From: Mobula hypostoma
Lineage: Eukaryota
DNA length: 64,000 nucleotides
NCBI RefSeq assembly: GCF_963921235.1
Contig: NC_086101.1
Span: forward strand, 3,412,001-3,476,000
Direction: 5' to 3'
In this document: positions 49,365-62,084 of the stretch, one piece after another
Layout of the letters: the number at the start of each line of letters is the position of its first letter
How positions within the stretch are numbered: the stretch's first letter is position 1
Notes under the pieces: generated by a model
Told to the model about the DNA's origin: nothing
The model's input: the letters and a program-made list of their open reading frames with translations, nothing else
The model's database searches: none
Made by a program: the position numbers and the translations under genes

Positions 49365-50070
49365 TCTTGTGAGTCCTTGTACAGAACACCCTAATTAAGG
49401 TTAACTTGCAGTTTGATTTGGGGCTGAGGAAGGCAAATGCTAAGTTAGCATTCATTTCAAGAGGTCTAGAACACAAGAGCAAGGATGTGATGCTGAAGCT
49501 TTATAAGGCACTGGTGAGGCCTCACCTTGAGTATTGTGAACTGTTATGGGCAACTAAAAGATGCCCAAAACAGAAGAGATGTACTGGCATTGGAGAGGGT
49601 TCAGAGGAGGTTCACAAGGGTAATTTCAGGAATGAAGGGTTATCATACAAGAAATGTTTGATGGTTCTGGGTCTGTACTCACTGGAATTCAGAAGGATGA
49701 GGGGGATGTTGATTTTCGAATGTTGAAAGGCCTAGACAGAATAGATGTGGAAAGGATGTTTCTTGTAGTGGGGGAGTCTAAGACAAGGTGGCACAGCCTC
49801 AGGATAGAGGGGTGTCCATTTAAAACAGATGCAGAAACATTTCTTTAGCCAGAGGGTGGTGAATTTGTGGAATTCGTTACCACAGGCAGCTGTGGAGGTC
49901 ATTTTGTTGGGAGTATTTAGGCAGAGATTGATAGGTTCTTGATTGGACATGGCATCAAAGGTTACGGGGTTCTCCGGGTAGTCGGGCTGAGTGGCAGGAG
50001 AAAAGGATCGGCTATGATTGAATGGCAGAGTAGATTCGATGGGGCAAATGGCCAAATTCTACTTCTGGTT
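49365..50070 (+). mobile_element. Old CR1 3' fragment
   Basis: KANAKLAFISRGLEHKSKDVMLKLYKALVRPHLEYC; frameshifted. Confidence 0.85.
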
Positions 50071-50474
50071 TATTTCAGCCTGTGGCGTCGGAGTTTGGAG
50101 TTCAATTCAGGCGCCCTCCGTTTAGCAAGTTTTTGCATTCCTTCTTGTGTGCGGGTGGGCTTCCTCCCACAGTCCAGACACATACTGGTCAGTAGGTTAA
50201 ATGGTCTTTGTAAATGACCTGTGATTAGGCTAGGGTTGAAATCCGTGGGTTGCCAGGTGGCGCAGCTGAAATGGCCTGTTCAGCACTGTATCTCTAAATA
50301 TTCACCGTGGCATAGGGCTGGTTTATGCCATGGACCAAAACGTTTCACAACCTGAATTGTCAGTTGGGACAAGGCTCCTGAGAAATCATGATGGTCTAGC
50401 AATGGTTTGGACAGTATCTTGTTCGATTAGGTTTGATCTGTTGTCTCTCTCCCACACCTGCCTCCCTTTGCCAG

Positions 50475-50621
50475 GAGGATAAAGCAGAAGAAGATCTACG
50501 TGATCAGCACCACCAAGCGCCCCGTCCCACTGGAGCACTACCTTTACACGGGCAACAGCCAGAAGACCCAGAACGAGATCTTCCTGCTGGTGGATGCACA
50601 GGGGAACTTCCTCACCAAGGG
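50475..50621 (+). CDS. SKIV2L: SKIV2L coding exon (approx. exon 14)
   Basis: ttgccag|G...GG|gtaggt; [48 protein letters not shown](G); 147 nt. Confidence 0.97.
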
Positions 50622-51379
50622 GTAGGTGTGCAGTGTCTGTCAGAGAGAGGGTGTGGGGCAGTACCAAGGCTTGGGGGGGGGGGGTTGTCAGGGGCAACAG
50701 GGGTCCCCTACTTGAAGAAGAGAGAAATTAAAGATGGAGCCCAGCATAAAGCAGTTCCTTTTATACCCATTCCGATCCATCGATAACAATAATCTAATGA
50801 GGAAGTACTCAGTCAATGCTGGAGTTAAAATTAACCAGTGAGGAAACATGTTCACCTCAGGAAAGAACAAAGAAGCTCCAGAATTATGCTTTCCATAGGC
50901 ACTAGAGGCAAATTAAAATGTTATGCAAATAAATCCACTTAACATAGAGGCAGATAATTAATCGTTACACTGCAATCAAATTTCCCTCGGGATTAATAAA
51001 GTATATCTCTATCTATCAAAGACAATGACAAACAGTCAGATTAAACACACTGCATCATCAGAATCGGGGTTATTATCAACAACGTATGTCGTAAAATTTG
51101 TTGCCTTGTGCCAGCAATATGTAAAACTACTGTAATTTACAATAAGTATATATACATGTAAATAAATTAAATAAGTAGTGCAAAGAGAGATCAAACACAA
51201 TGAGTTAGTGTTTGTGGGTTTATTGTCAGTTCAGAAATCGGATGGTGGAGGGGAAGAAGCTGTTCCTAAAGCATTGAGTGTGTGTCTTCAGGGCACGTGG
51301 CCGAGTGGTTAAGGTGTTCATCTAGTAACCTGAGGGTCACCAGTTCGAGGCAGCGTGTCGTGTCCTTGAGCAAGGCACC

Positions 51380-52736
51380 ATTTGGAGTCAGATGATCCAA
51401 TCAATGAGCTGTGATTGGAGGTGTGGGTTGTAGAGGTGCCCTGCCCTGTTAAAAAGACACACAGTCAGGTTACCGACAGAGCCTGCACTTCTGAAGAAAG
51501 ATCTGATTATGTACATCATGCCTCGATCAAAACAGCTCTCGGTGGACCTTGGAAGAAGAATTGTAGAGATGCATGAAGATGGAAAAGGCTAGAAAAGCAT
51601 TTCTAAAGACCTGAGTGTTCATCAGTCCATGGTAAGAGAAATTGGCTACAAATGGAGGAAGCTCGGTACTGTTGCTACTCTCCCTAGGAGTGGGCATCTT
51701 GGAAAGATCACACCGAGCACAAAGTGCAATGCTGAAGGAGCTGAAAAAGAACCCAAGGATAACAGCAAAAGACCTGCAGAAATCTCTAGAACTTGCTGAA
51801 GTCTCTGTTCATGTGTCCACTATAAGAAAAACACTGAACAAGAATGGTGTTTGTGGAAGGACACCACGGAGGAAACCACTGCTCTCCAACAAAAACCTTG
51901 CTGCATTTCTCAAGTTTGTAAAAGACCACCCGGATGTTCTACAATGCTTCTGGGACAGTATTCTGTGGACGGATGAGACAAAAGTTAAACTTTTTGACAG
52001 AAATACACACAGTAATGTTTGGAGGAAAAAGGGTACTGCAGACCATCACCAAAACCACATCCCAACTGTGAAGCTTGGTGGAAGAAGCATCATGGTTTGG
52101 GGCTACTTTGCTGACTCAGGGCCTGGACAGCTTGCAATTGTTGAGGGAACAATGGATTCAAAATTGTATCAAGACATTTTACAGGAGAATGTCAGGGTGG
52201 CTGTCCATCACCTGAAGCTTAATAGAAGTTGGATAATGCAACGAGACAATCATCCGAAAGACAAGAGTAACTCAACAACAGAATGGTTTAAAAAGAAGAA
52301 AATTTGTGTTTTGTAATGGCTGAGTTAAAGTCCTGATCTTAATCCTGTAGAAATGTTGTGGAAGGACCTGAAGCAAGCAGTTCATGCAGGGAAAACCACC
52401 AATATTCCAGAGAGGAAACAGTTTTGTAAGGAGGAATGGACTAAAATTCCTCCAAGCCAATGTGCAGAACTGATCAACAGTTACCAGAAACGTTTAGCTG
52501 AAGTTATTGCTGTACAACGGGGTCACACCAGTTACTGAAAGCAAAGATTCGCATGCTTTTTCCAACAAATACATATAATAGTGGATCGGTTTTCTCAATA
52601 AATAAATAAGTAGAATGTTTGTGTTAGTTATTTAATTGGGTTCTCTTTATCTAGTTTTAGGACTTGCATGAAGATCATATTTATGCAGAAATAGAGAAAA
52701 ATATACAGGGTTAACATACTTTCTGGCACCACTGTA
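51380..52736 (+). mobile_element. Tc1-like DNA transposon with nearly full-length but disrupted transposase (about 51518-52538)
   Basis: MPRSKQLSVDLGRRIV (early stop); GRTPRRKPLLS; ILWTDETK; MQRDNHPK; SPDLNPVEMLW (DD34E-type motifs); right end ...CTGGCACCACTG-TA. Confidence 0.9.
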
Positions 52737-55620
52737 TTTATTTTGTGTGATTTTAGTATTATTATTGTGTTCTTTCTGTTCTGTTTTTTTTGTGCTGAAT
52801 TTGATCGAGTAACAATTATTTTGTTCTCCTTTACACTTGTGTGCAGGAATTGACATTAAGCAATCCTGAATCCCGAGGCACCCCCTTTTGAAGTTGGTGG
52901 GTAGCGTTCCTCCTTTACGTCGCCCAGCACAGGGCAGTCGGCCAATAGTGTTGTGCCGAACTTGATGACGATTTACCCTAGATGTTCATCATCTATATTC
53001 CTCCTATGCAAATCTGAATATTCGTGTGCCTGTCTAATAGCCTCTTCAACTCCATCAAACTACACATTGCCCCTGGTAACCTATTCAGTCGTTGTGTTTA
53101 TATAAAAACAAGCCCTTTCTGTCACCTTTAAACTCCACCCTCGCCCCCCCCCCCCCCATTCTCCAAAAGCAGTCCTCTGGTGTTTGACATTTCTATCAGG
53201 GGAACGATTCTCACTGCCAGAGGGAGTTTAATCCGGCCTTGGAGGTGTTGTGCTTTGGGAGGCCAAATGGAAGGAGAATTGATGTTGGGTCATTTAATAG
53301 CACTAAGGTAGAGGGGGCCAGAATCACTGACATACATCATGAAATCTGTTGTTTTGTGGCCGCAGTTCATTGCAATACATACTAATACTGTGAGTTACAT
53401 TACATAGGCACACCGCAGAAGAGAAATCCTGAGGTTGTGTTCCTGGGTTTAGGGACCGTTCAGAAATCTGGTCCAGGTCCATAGTTCAGGTTTACGTTTA
53501 ATTATCATTCAGCCATACGTTAATATAGCTGAATGAAACAGCATCCCTTTGGGGCCAAGGTGGAAATCGCATTACCTGCAGCATAGCTTTCAGAAAAACA
53601 TACAGTCACATAGAAAAAATTATAGCCCAAGTCGCTGAGTGGCGGACAGTAGATTGTCCTGGCCCAGCTTGTTGTTCCCCTGAGTGAAGACTGGGGGGCA
53701 GCATCGAGCGACCCAAGCTGCAACCCAGCACAATTCCAGTGTACCCAGCAGAGGCCCACGTTCTCTCCCCTGGGTGACCGCTGCATCTCGAAGTTCATGG
53801 GTCCATGTTTAACTGCAAGTTCATGTGGGTAACGTCCACTGCCTTGTCCTCATTCCTCTAAAATACTCAGTCAAGTTGGTAAGGCATGCCCTCCCCTGTA
53901 GTGTGGTACTGACTCCCTAATGTCCCAGGACAAAGCGAGTCGCTCTGCAATGGCAACAACATGATAACATTCCTGATTAGACAATAAGGTACAAGAGCAG
54001 AATTAGGCCATTCAGCCCATCAGGTCTGCTTCGCCATTCCATCAGTGCTGATTTTCATTTTATTTATTTATTTATTGAGATACAGCACAGAACGGGCCCT
54101 TCAACCCCTTTGAGCTGTGCCACCCAGCATTCCCCGAATTAACCCTAACCCAACCGTAGGACAGTTTACAATGACCAAGTAACCCACTCGCCGCATTGGA
54201 CTGTGGGAGGAAACCAGAGCACCCTGAGGAAACCTACACGTTCATGGGAAGTGATGTACACGTTCCTTACAGACAATTGAACCCAGGTCTAAGCATTGTG
54301 CTGCCACTATACTACCGTTCTTTAACCCCACTCTCATGCCTTTTCCCTGTAACCCTTAACCGCCTTACCAATCAAGGACCTCTGCCTTAAAAACACCCAG
54401 CGTCTTGACCTCCACAGCCAACTGTGACATTGAATTCCGCAGATTCACTACCCTCTGGCTAAAGAAATTCCTCCTCATCTCCATCCTAAATGGACATCCC
54501 TCTATCCTGAGTCCATGCCTCTGGTCCCAGACTCCCCCACTGTAGGAGACATCCTCTCCGCAGCCACTTTATCAATACGTTTCGATATTCAGTAGGTTTC
54601 AATGAGAAGCCCCGATTCTTCTAAATTCCAGTGAGTGCAGGCTCATAGCCTTCCTCAACTCTGACTCGATTTGGTGTCACTTTGCTGTTGGGCTACACCC
54701 GGGTGATCCGCAGTCTTGGTGAGAGGTGCAGTGGAAGATTCTGTTTTAACTCCTGTTGATCAGCATCAAAAAAAAGTCAAATTAAATCCACTGTGATTCA
54801 GTGTTGTAAAACAATAAAACATGAGGGCTATGGGTAATCCTAGGTAATTTCTAAAGTGAGTACATGTTTGGCACAGCATTGCGGGCTGAAGGGCCTGTAT
54901 TGTGCTGTAGGTTTTCTATGTTTCTCTGAAAACTTCCAAGGGGAGTGGGTACTTTTTATAGGCACTGCACCACTGAGAGCATTCTAACTGGTTGTATCAC
55001 AGCCTGGTATTGAAGAGCCACTGCACAGGATCGGAAAAAGCTGCAGATGGTTGTAAACCCCGCCAGTTTCATCTCGGACGCCAGCCTCCCCAGCATTGAG
55101 GGCATCTTCAAAAAGCAGATGCTTGAGAAAGTTGGCATCCATCATAAGGGCCCCCCCCTCACCGTGTTCATGCCCTCTTCTCATTGCTAACAATCAGGGA
55201 GGAGGTACAGGAACCTGAAGCCACACACTCAACATTTCAGGAACAGCTTCTTCCCCTTTGCTATCAGATTTCTAAATGGACAATGAACTTATGAACTACC
55301 TCATCGCTTGCCTCTTTTTCTGCACTACGTATTCAATTTAATTTTTTAAAATGTATTTCTTAATGTATTTATAGTTTATTATGATGATGTATTTCATTGT
55401 AAAACAACCAATGTCATGGCATATGCATGATGTTAAACCTGAATATGATTGTGAGCTTGCTGTGTGCTGGTAGGCAGGAACATTTCATACCCCCACCCCC
55501 GGCACTCTATAGTCTTGTGAGGCGATATGCAGGTCATGCAGTCTTTTCCATAGCCCCGTACTGGGGTGGTCGACCAGGAGGGAGGGACTAGTGTGTGACT
55601 CACCTTGCTGCTGGTTTCAG

Positions 55621-55717
55621 GTACTACGCTGCCGTGGACGCCAAGAAGGAACGGGCCAGCAAGCACTCTCAGACCTTCGGAGCGAAGCAGCCAACCCACT
55701 ATGGCGGCCCCAGCCAA
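55621..55717 (+). CDS. SKIV2L: SKIV2L coding exon (approx. exon 15)
   Basis: gtttcag|G...CAA|gtgagt; [32 protein letters not shown]; 97 nt. Confidence 0.97.
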
Positions 55718-56125
55718 GTGAGTTGCCCGCTGATTGTTGGGGAGGGGTATTTGTGGATAGGGGCAGGATATGAGTGAGTGACGGAGGGAGCTGAATGAGA
55801 AGGTGGACGCGAGCAAATTACAGTAGACCTCTACTTCCTCTCAAGGCTAAAGAAGTTTGGCATATTCCTGTAGACCCTTGTGTTGCAGTTAGTGTCAGTC
55901 ATTGATGGCCACTCCCCCTGTGCTAGCTAGGGTTTGGCCCCTGAAAGAGCATTACAGCTCCTCCCACTAGCTGCAGTTCAGCACCAGCAGAGTTTAAGTC
56001 CAGCATGCAGAAGCCACAGATATTCTTGTCGCTCTCTGGGTTGCCGTGAGCTGGGCATCACTGTGCCTTGGGTACAGTAACCAGTGTGAGGTGTGCTGTC
56101 GTACAATGGGCCCAGGCATATATTT

Positions 56126-56895
56126 CATAGTCATAGTCATACTTTATTGATCCCGGGGGAAATTGGTTTTCGTTACAATTGCACCATAAATAATAAATAG
56201 TAATAAAACCATAAATAGTTAAATAGTAATATGTAAATTATGCTAGTAAATTATGAAATAAGTCCAGGACCAGCCTATGGGCTCAGGGTGTCTGACCCTC
56301 CAAGGGAGGAGTTGTAAAGTTTCATGGCCACAGGCAGGAATGACTTCCTATGACGCTCTGTGCTGCATCTCGGAGGAATGAGTCTCTGGCTGAATGTACT
56401 CCTGTGCCCACCCAGTACATTATGTAGTGGATGGGAGACACTGACCAAGATGGCATGCAACTTGGACAGCATCCTCTTTTCAGACACCACCGTCAGAGAG
56501 TCCAGTTCCATCCCCACAACATCACTGGCCTTACGGATGAGTTTGTTGATTCTGTTGGTGTCTGCTACCCTCAGCCTGCTGCCCCAGCACACAACAGCAA
56601 ACATGATCGCACTGGCCACCACAGACTTGTAGAACATCCCCAGCATCATCCGGCAGATGTTCAAGGACCTCAGTCTCCTCAGGAAATAGAGACGGCTCTG
56701 ACCCTTCTTGTAGACAGCCTCAGTGTTCTTAGACCAGTCCAGTTTATTGTCAATTCGTATCCCCAGGTATTTGTAATCCTCCACCATGTCCACACTGACC
56801 CCCTGGATGGAAACAGGGGTCACCGGTACCTTAGCTCTCCTCAGGTCTACCACCAGCTCCTTAGTCTTTTTCACATTAAGCTGCAGATAATTCTT
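56126..56895 (-). mobile_element. Rex1/Babar-like LINE young 3' copy
   Basis: ORF 56275-56916 nearly identical to 38275-38892; same 3' UTR and tail. Confidence 0.9.
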
Positions 56896-58603
56896 CAGAT
56901 AAGTATTTGCGTGCATGCGTGTGTGTGTGTTCGTTCCTGTTCCTGTTTCTGTTCCTGTTCCTGTTATGAAATAGTTGATGTATTCACTGGTATTGAGTGT
57001 CTTCTGTCTCCACTCGGTGAAATCGCCAATCTGATTTCACACAACACTCTACCATTCTCTTAGAGCTCAGTACGCTCTGCACGTAACCGCAAGAAACTGC
57101 AGAGAGTTGTGAACGCAACTCAGCCACACCTCCATGGGCTCTGTCTGCACTTCTGTCTGCACCCACCCGTCCCAGACATTCTCTTTGTGACCCATGCATA
57201 GGAAGACCCAGATGCCTCTTCACGAGTGCAGAGGTTCAAAGACTGATAGAGCCGTACTGCACAAAAGCAAGACTTTTGGCCCAGCCCGTCCACGCTGACT
57301 TGTTTACTGCCTAGTCCCACCTACCCGCACCCATGTGCATTCCCTTCAGACCCCTTCCATCCACATACCCATCCGGACATCTCTTAAATGTCGCAATCGA
57401 ACCCACGTCCACCAATTCCGCTGACAGCTTGCTTGTTCCACACTCTCACCACCCTCCGAGAGGTCCCCCCTCATGTTCCCCGTTTCACCTTCCACCTTTA
57501 ACCCATGACCTCTAGCTCCAGTCTCACCCAACCTCAGCAGAAAAAGCCTGCTTGCATTTATAACTCTCAAAATTTTGTATATCTTCATCAAATCTCCCCT
57601 TATTCTCCTATGCTCCAGCAAATAAGGTCCTGGCTTATTCAACCTTTCCCTATAACTCAAGCCCCCAAGTCCTGGTAACACCTTGTAAATTTTTCCTGTA
57701 CTCTTTCAGCCTTTCTGATATCTGTCCTGTAGGTAGGTGTCCAAACTTGGCCTCACCAATGTACTTGGGTGGTGGGTGGAAATATGTCTCCAGCAAAGGA
57801 GGTGTAAGGCACTCCTTCCCTTCCCTCCGCTAGTCTGCAGGTTGCCCTTGGGCAAGGGGTAGCACCAGCTCAGCTGCCCCACCCTCCGATCAGGCTCACG
57901 TGAAGGCATGGGAGCCAGGTGGAGGATGGTCGTATCAGCAGCTGGTGCATATCATAAGTCCTGGTTACGCGACCACTGACGCCAGGCAGACAATCTCTGA
58001 AGAGCTTTGATAATGGCTGGGTTCACCCTTCTTGTAAAAACACTGGTCAGAAGGCACGTCTGTAGAAAAATTTGCCACGAGCAATGATGGTCGTGGGAAG
58101 ACCATGATCGCTCATGTCAGAACGAATGAACAAATACATCTTCGACATAACGTCGGCAAAGGAAGGGTGGATTTGAGTTGGAGGAGAGTTTGGGCTGGGG
58201 GAAGATGGAACATCTGCGATAAGGAGGGGTGTGGGGAGTCAGTAATACTGGGAGACACAGCGGGAGATGTTAACATGAGCACAAGAGATCATTCAGATGC
58301 TGCAAATCATGAACAACACATACAAAGTGCACTTAGCAGGTCAGGCAGCATCTGTGGAGGGGGAGAAACGGTTGATATTTTAGGGCCGGTACCCTTCACC
58401 TGGACTGGAGAGAAGGGGACATCACATTACATTAAAATAAATTATTCATAACCAACACAACAAAATTGTCCTACAGAGACTTCCCCAATCCAGCCCCGCT
58501 TCCAACACGTGTCCATGTTCTGCCCCTGCAGTTTTTCTTTGTTTGTATCGGGTTCTTTGTAGTTACTGTGAATGCCCACAAGAAAGTGAATGCCAGGGTA
58601 GTA

Positions 58604-59488
58604 CAGTGAATTCCGGTTAATTGGGCCATTGGTTGATTGGGGTAGCCTCTTATTTGGGACAACCCTTAAAGAACAAAAACTAAATCAAGGAAATAGCCAG
58701 GATTCATTTTGTTAATTTGAGACACTATCCCGCTTAATTGGGACGGTAAACTGTTGCTGAACAGTTCCTAGCTAGTGTCAATCATGTGTACTTGTGTGAC
58801 AGTGTACGTTACGGAGATTGGTTTTTAAAATATCGTCACTTGCACGTGCTTGTGTGATGTTATCTAACCACAAGTGAGAAAATCTGCAGACGCTGGAAAT
58901 CCGAGCAACACACGCAAAATGCTGAAGGAACTCAGCAGGCCAGGCAGCATCTACGATGAAAAAGTACAGGCGACGTTTTGGGCCGAAACCCTTCAGCAGG
59001 ACTGACCGAAGGGTTTCAGCCTGAAACGTCGACTGTACTCTTTTCGCATAGAGGCTGCCTGGCCTGCTGAGTTCCTCCAGCATTGTGTGTGTGTGTTTGT
59101 GTTGTGATGTTATCTATTTGGGCCGATGGACACCGGCTCCAAAATCACTGCTTTTTGAAAATTTTGATTTATGCAGGAAGGCAGTGAAGGCAGTCCATTA
59201 TCTGCACTAGGTATCTGAGCTTGTTTTGTTCATTTACAGTCAATTAAGAGAACATGGCAGCATACACCGGATGAAGTCCTCTGTTGATAATTATTAGCAA
59301 TTAATTTGCAGTTTTATAGTGCTGTAGTAATGTTGCTAGTGTTCTAACCTGTTTCGTATTTCATTTCAGTTAAACAGTAGTTAGTCTTTTTTTAATACCC
59401 TTTAACTGTTTCCACGAAACTTCGGCTAATTGGGGCAGCTGCTTAACTGGCCCAAAATGTGCTGGTCCCGATTGACTCGAATAGACTG
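58604..59488. mobile_element. Degenerate pogo/Tigger-like MITE containing a palindromic Penelope-derived insertion
   Basis: TA-CAGTGAATTCCGGTTAATTGGG left end; degenerate CCCGATTGACTCGAATAGACTG right end; internal TAATTGGG repeats. Confidence 0.55.
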
Positions 59489-59610
59489 TCTGTGGTGACA
59501 TATACGTGCTGTGATGATAAGTTTACGTTAACCCGAATAGACTGTGCGTGGTGACATATATGTGTTGTGATAGTAAGGTTACTTTGAACCTTGAACTTTG
59601 CCTGCCCCAG

Positions 59611-59823
59611 GACAAGAGTGTTTGGCTGTCCCTGATCGACGTCCTGCGGAAAAAGGACAACCTGCCCGTGGTGGCCTTCACCTTCTCCCGCAACCGGTGC
59701 GACGAGAACGCCAACATGCTGACCACCGTTGACCTGACCAGCACTGTTGAGAAGAGTGAGATCCATGTCTTCTTCCAGAAGTGCATCTCTCGGCTGAAGG
59801 GCACCGACCGTGAGCTGCCCCAG
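59611..59823 (+). CDS. SKIV2L: SKIV2L coding exon (approx. exon 16; motif IV)
   Basis: gccccag|GAC...CAG|gtactg; [71 protein letters not shown]; 213 nt. Confidence 0.97.
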
Positions 59824-59919
59824 GTACTGTCTGGGACCCCGGTCAGCTGGTGGGACGATACTAGAGCTGCGCGGGTCCGTGCCACAGGAAACAGCTGGAA
59901 CCGTATCAGCTGGTGGGAC

Positions 59920-60827
59920 GGTCTCAGTGGCTTTCTCCGCATCTGTGGAAGTCCATGTCCCAGGTACAGTCCAGAACCCCACGGTTGGTGGGATAGTCCC
60001 AGTGGCTTTCTCATTACTGTGGACGTCCATGTCCCAGGTACAGTCCGGAACCCCACGGTTGGTGGGATAGTCCCAGTGGCTTTCTCATTACTGTGGACGT
60101 CCATGTCCCAGGTACAGTCCGGAACCCCACGGTTTGTGGGATGGTCCCAATGGTTCTCTTCATTTCTGCGGGAGTGGGGGGTGTCCAAGTCCCAGGGACA
60201 GTCCGGAACCCCACAGTTGGTGGGATAGTCCCAGTGGCTTTCTCCGCATCTGTGGAAGTCCATGTCCCAGGTACAGTCCAGAACCCCACGGTTGGTGGGA
60301 TAGTCCCAGTGGCTTTCTCATTACTGTGGACGTCCATGTCCCAGGTACAGTCCGGAACCCCACGGTTGGTGGGATAGTCCCAGTGGCTTTCTCATTACTG
60401 TGGACGTCCATGTCCCAGGTACAGTCCGGAACCCCACGGTTTGTGGGATGGTCCCAATGGTTCTCTTCATTTCTGCGGGAGTGGGGGGTGTCCAAGTCCC
60501 AGGGACAGTCCGGAACCCCACAGTTGGTGGGATAGTCCCAGTGGCTTTCTCCGCATCTGTGGAAGTCCATGTCCCAGGTACAGTCCAGAACCCCACGGTT
60601 GGTGGGATAGTCCCAGTGGCTTTCTCATTACTGTGGACGTCCATGTCCCAGGTACAGTCCGGAACCCCACGGTTTGTGGGATGGTCCCAATGGTTCTCTT
60701 CATTTCTGCAGGAGTGGGGGGTGTCCAAGTCCCAGGGACAGTCCGGAACCCCACAGTTGGTGGGATAGTCCCAGTGGCTTTTTCCATTACTGTGGAGGTC
60801 CATGTCCTAGGTACAGTCCAGAACCCT
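59920..60827 (+). repeat. Higher-order minisatellite (74/75/84-bp monomers, 307-bp period)
   Basis: Monomer order approximately A-B-B-C-A-B-B-C-A-B-C-B'; identical ORF peptides recur at a 307-nt offset. Confidence 0.92.
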
Positions 60828-61090
60828 GCCTGCAGGTGGGAGGGCCCCACATTTGTGGGTCTGGTCGGAGGGTTTTGTACTTCCCACACTGAGCAGATGG
60901 GGTGGAGGCTAACTGCTGTGAGGATTTGGGGTCAGGGTCCCTGCGATGGGTGTTTGGGGATTGGGGTTGCCACCATGGCTGGGTGGGTAGCGTTTGGAAG
61001 CCGGGGATCCTACAGTGGGTGTCTGGATTGCTGGATACTGGGGGAGCAGCAACCCCACGGTACATATGTGGTAATTAGAGGGTACTCTAA

Positions 61091-61388
61091 GGCATCCGTT
61101 AGTCTTGCGAGACCATGGACCTGCGCCTGGAAAGTCTTCACTCTCCAGGGTGCATGGTTGTATGGAAGACCAGCAGTTGCCCATGCTGCAAGTCTCCCCT
61201 CTCCGCGACACCGATGTTGTCCAAGGGAAGGGCATTAGGACCCATACAGCTTGGCACCAGTGTCGTCGCAGAGCAATGTGTGGTTAAGTGCCTTGCTCAA
61301 GGACACAACACGCTGCCTCAGCTGGGGCTCGAACTCCCGACCTTCAGATCACTAGACCAACGCCTTAACCACTTGGCCACCTGCCCAC
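61091..61388 (-). mobile_element. tRNA-derived SINE
   Basis: Minus strand GGTGGCCAAGTGGTTAAGGCG (A box)...GGGAGTTCGAGCCC (B box)...TGTGTCCTTGAGCAAGGCACTTAAC; partial + copy at about 51291-51378. Confidence 0.8.
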
Positions 61389-61649
61389 ACTTGATAACGG
61401 TCCCCACAATGTCTGCGTTAGTACTTACCCGCGGATAAGAGTCCCCACAGTGTGCAGGACCATGGTTGTTCGGGGGGATCACACTGTCCACGATGGGTGG
61501 TCTCATACTTGGGGGAGGAGGTGTGGCAGGGACTCTGTGTGAGTCCATCGAGGGCCGGTGGCTGCAGTTTCAAAAGTGTCCAATGTGGACAGAAGCACTT
61601 CCTCCTAGGCACTGCCAACTGCTCATTCCTCCTCTCTCCTCCCGGGCAG

Positions 61650-61760
61650 GTGCTGCAGATGGTGCAGCTGCTGAAACGAGGTATCGGTGTCCATCACAGT
61701 GGCATCCTGCCCATCCTGAAGGAAGTGATTGAGATGCTGTTCGCCCGAGGCCTGGTCAAG
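61650..61760 (+). CDS. SKIV2L: SKIV2L coding exon (approx. exon 17)
   Basis: cccgggcag|GTG...AAG|gtgagt; [37 protein letters not shown]; 111 nt. Confidence 0.98.
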
Positions 61761-62084
61761 GTGAGTACCGGCCCATCAGTGCAGGTGCTCAGGGCGCTAG
61801 TATTGGTTTATAATTTGTCTAGGAATTGGCTTATTACTGATCAAGTTCAAGCTTTATTATTTTGCACCCACACGTGAGTAGAGCTAAATTAAACAACGTT
61901 CCTCTGGGGCCAAGGTACAAAGCACAGAACCGACAGCACATAGCACACATAGGACGTATGGTAATCATTTCAGAAAGAGTCACAAAGAACAGAACTCTGA
62001 GGAGAGAGTAGTGGTTTATTATTGTCACATGATACAGTGAAAAGCTTGTCTTACATTCTGTTCATACAGATCAAATCAGTATTA

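Noticed and set aside
51518..52538. Active Tc1 transposase
   Set aside because: In-frame stops (near 51590 and 52314) and a frameshift; left TIR not recognisable.
59443..61238. Multiple overlapping ORFs on both strands
   Set aside because: Apart from exon 59611-59823 they are translations of the higher-order minisatellite.
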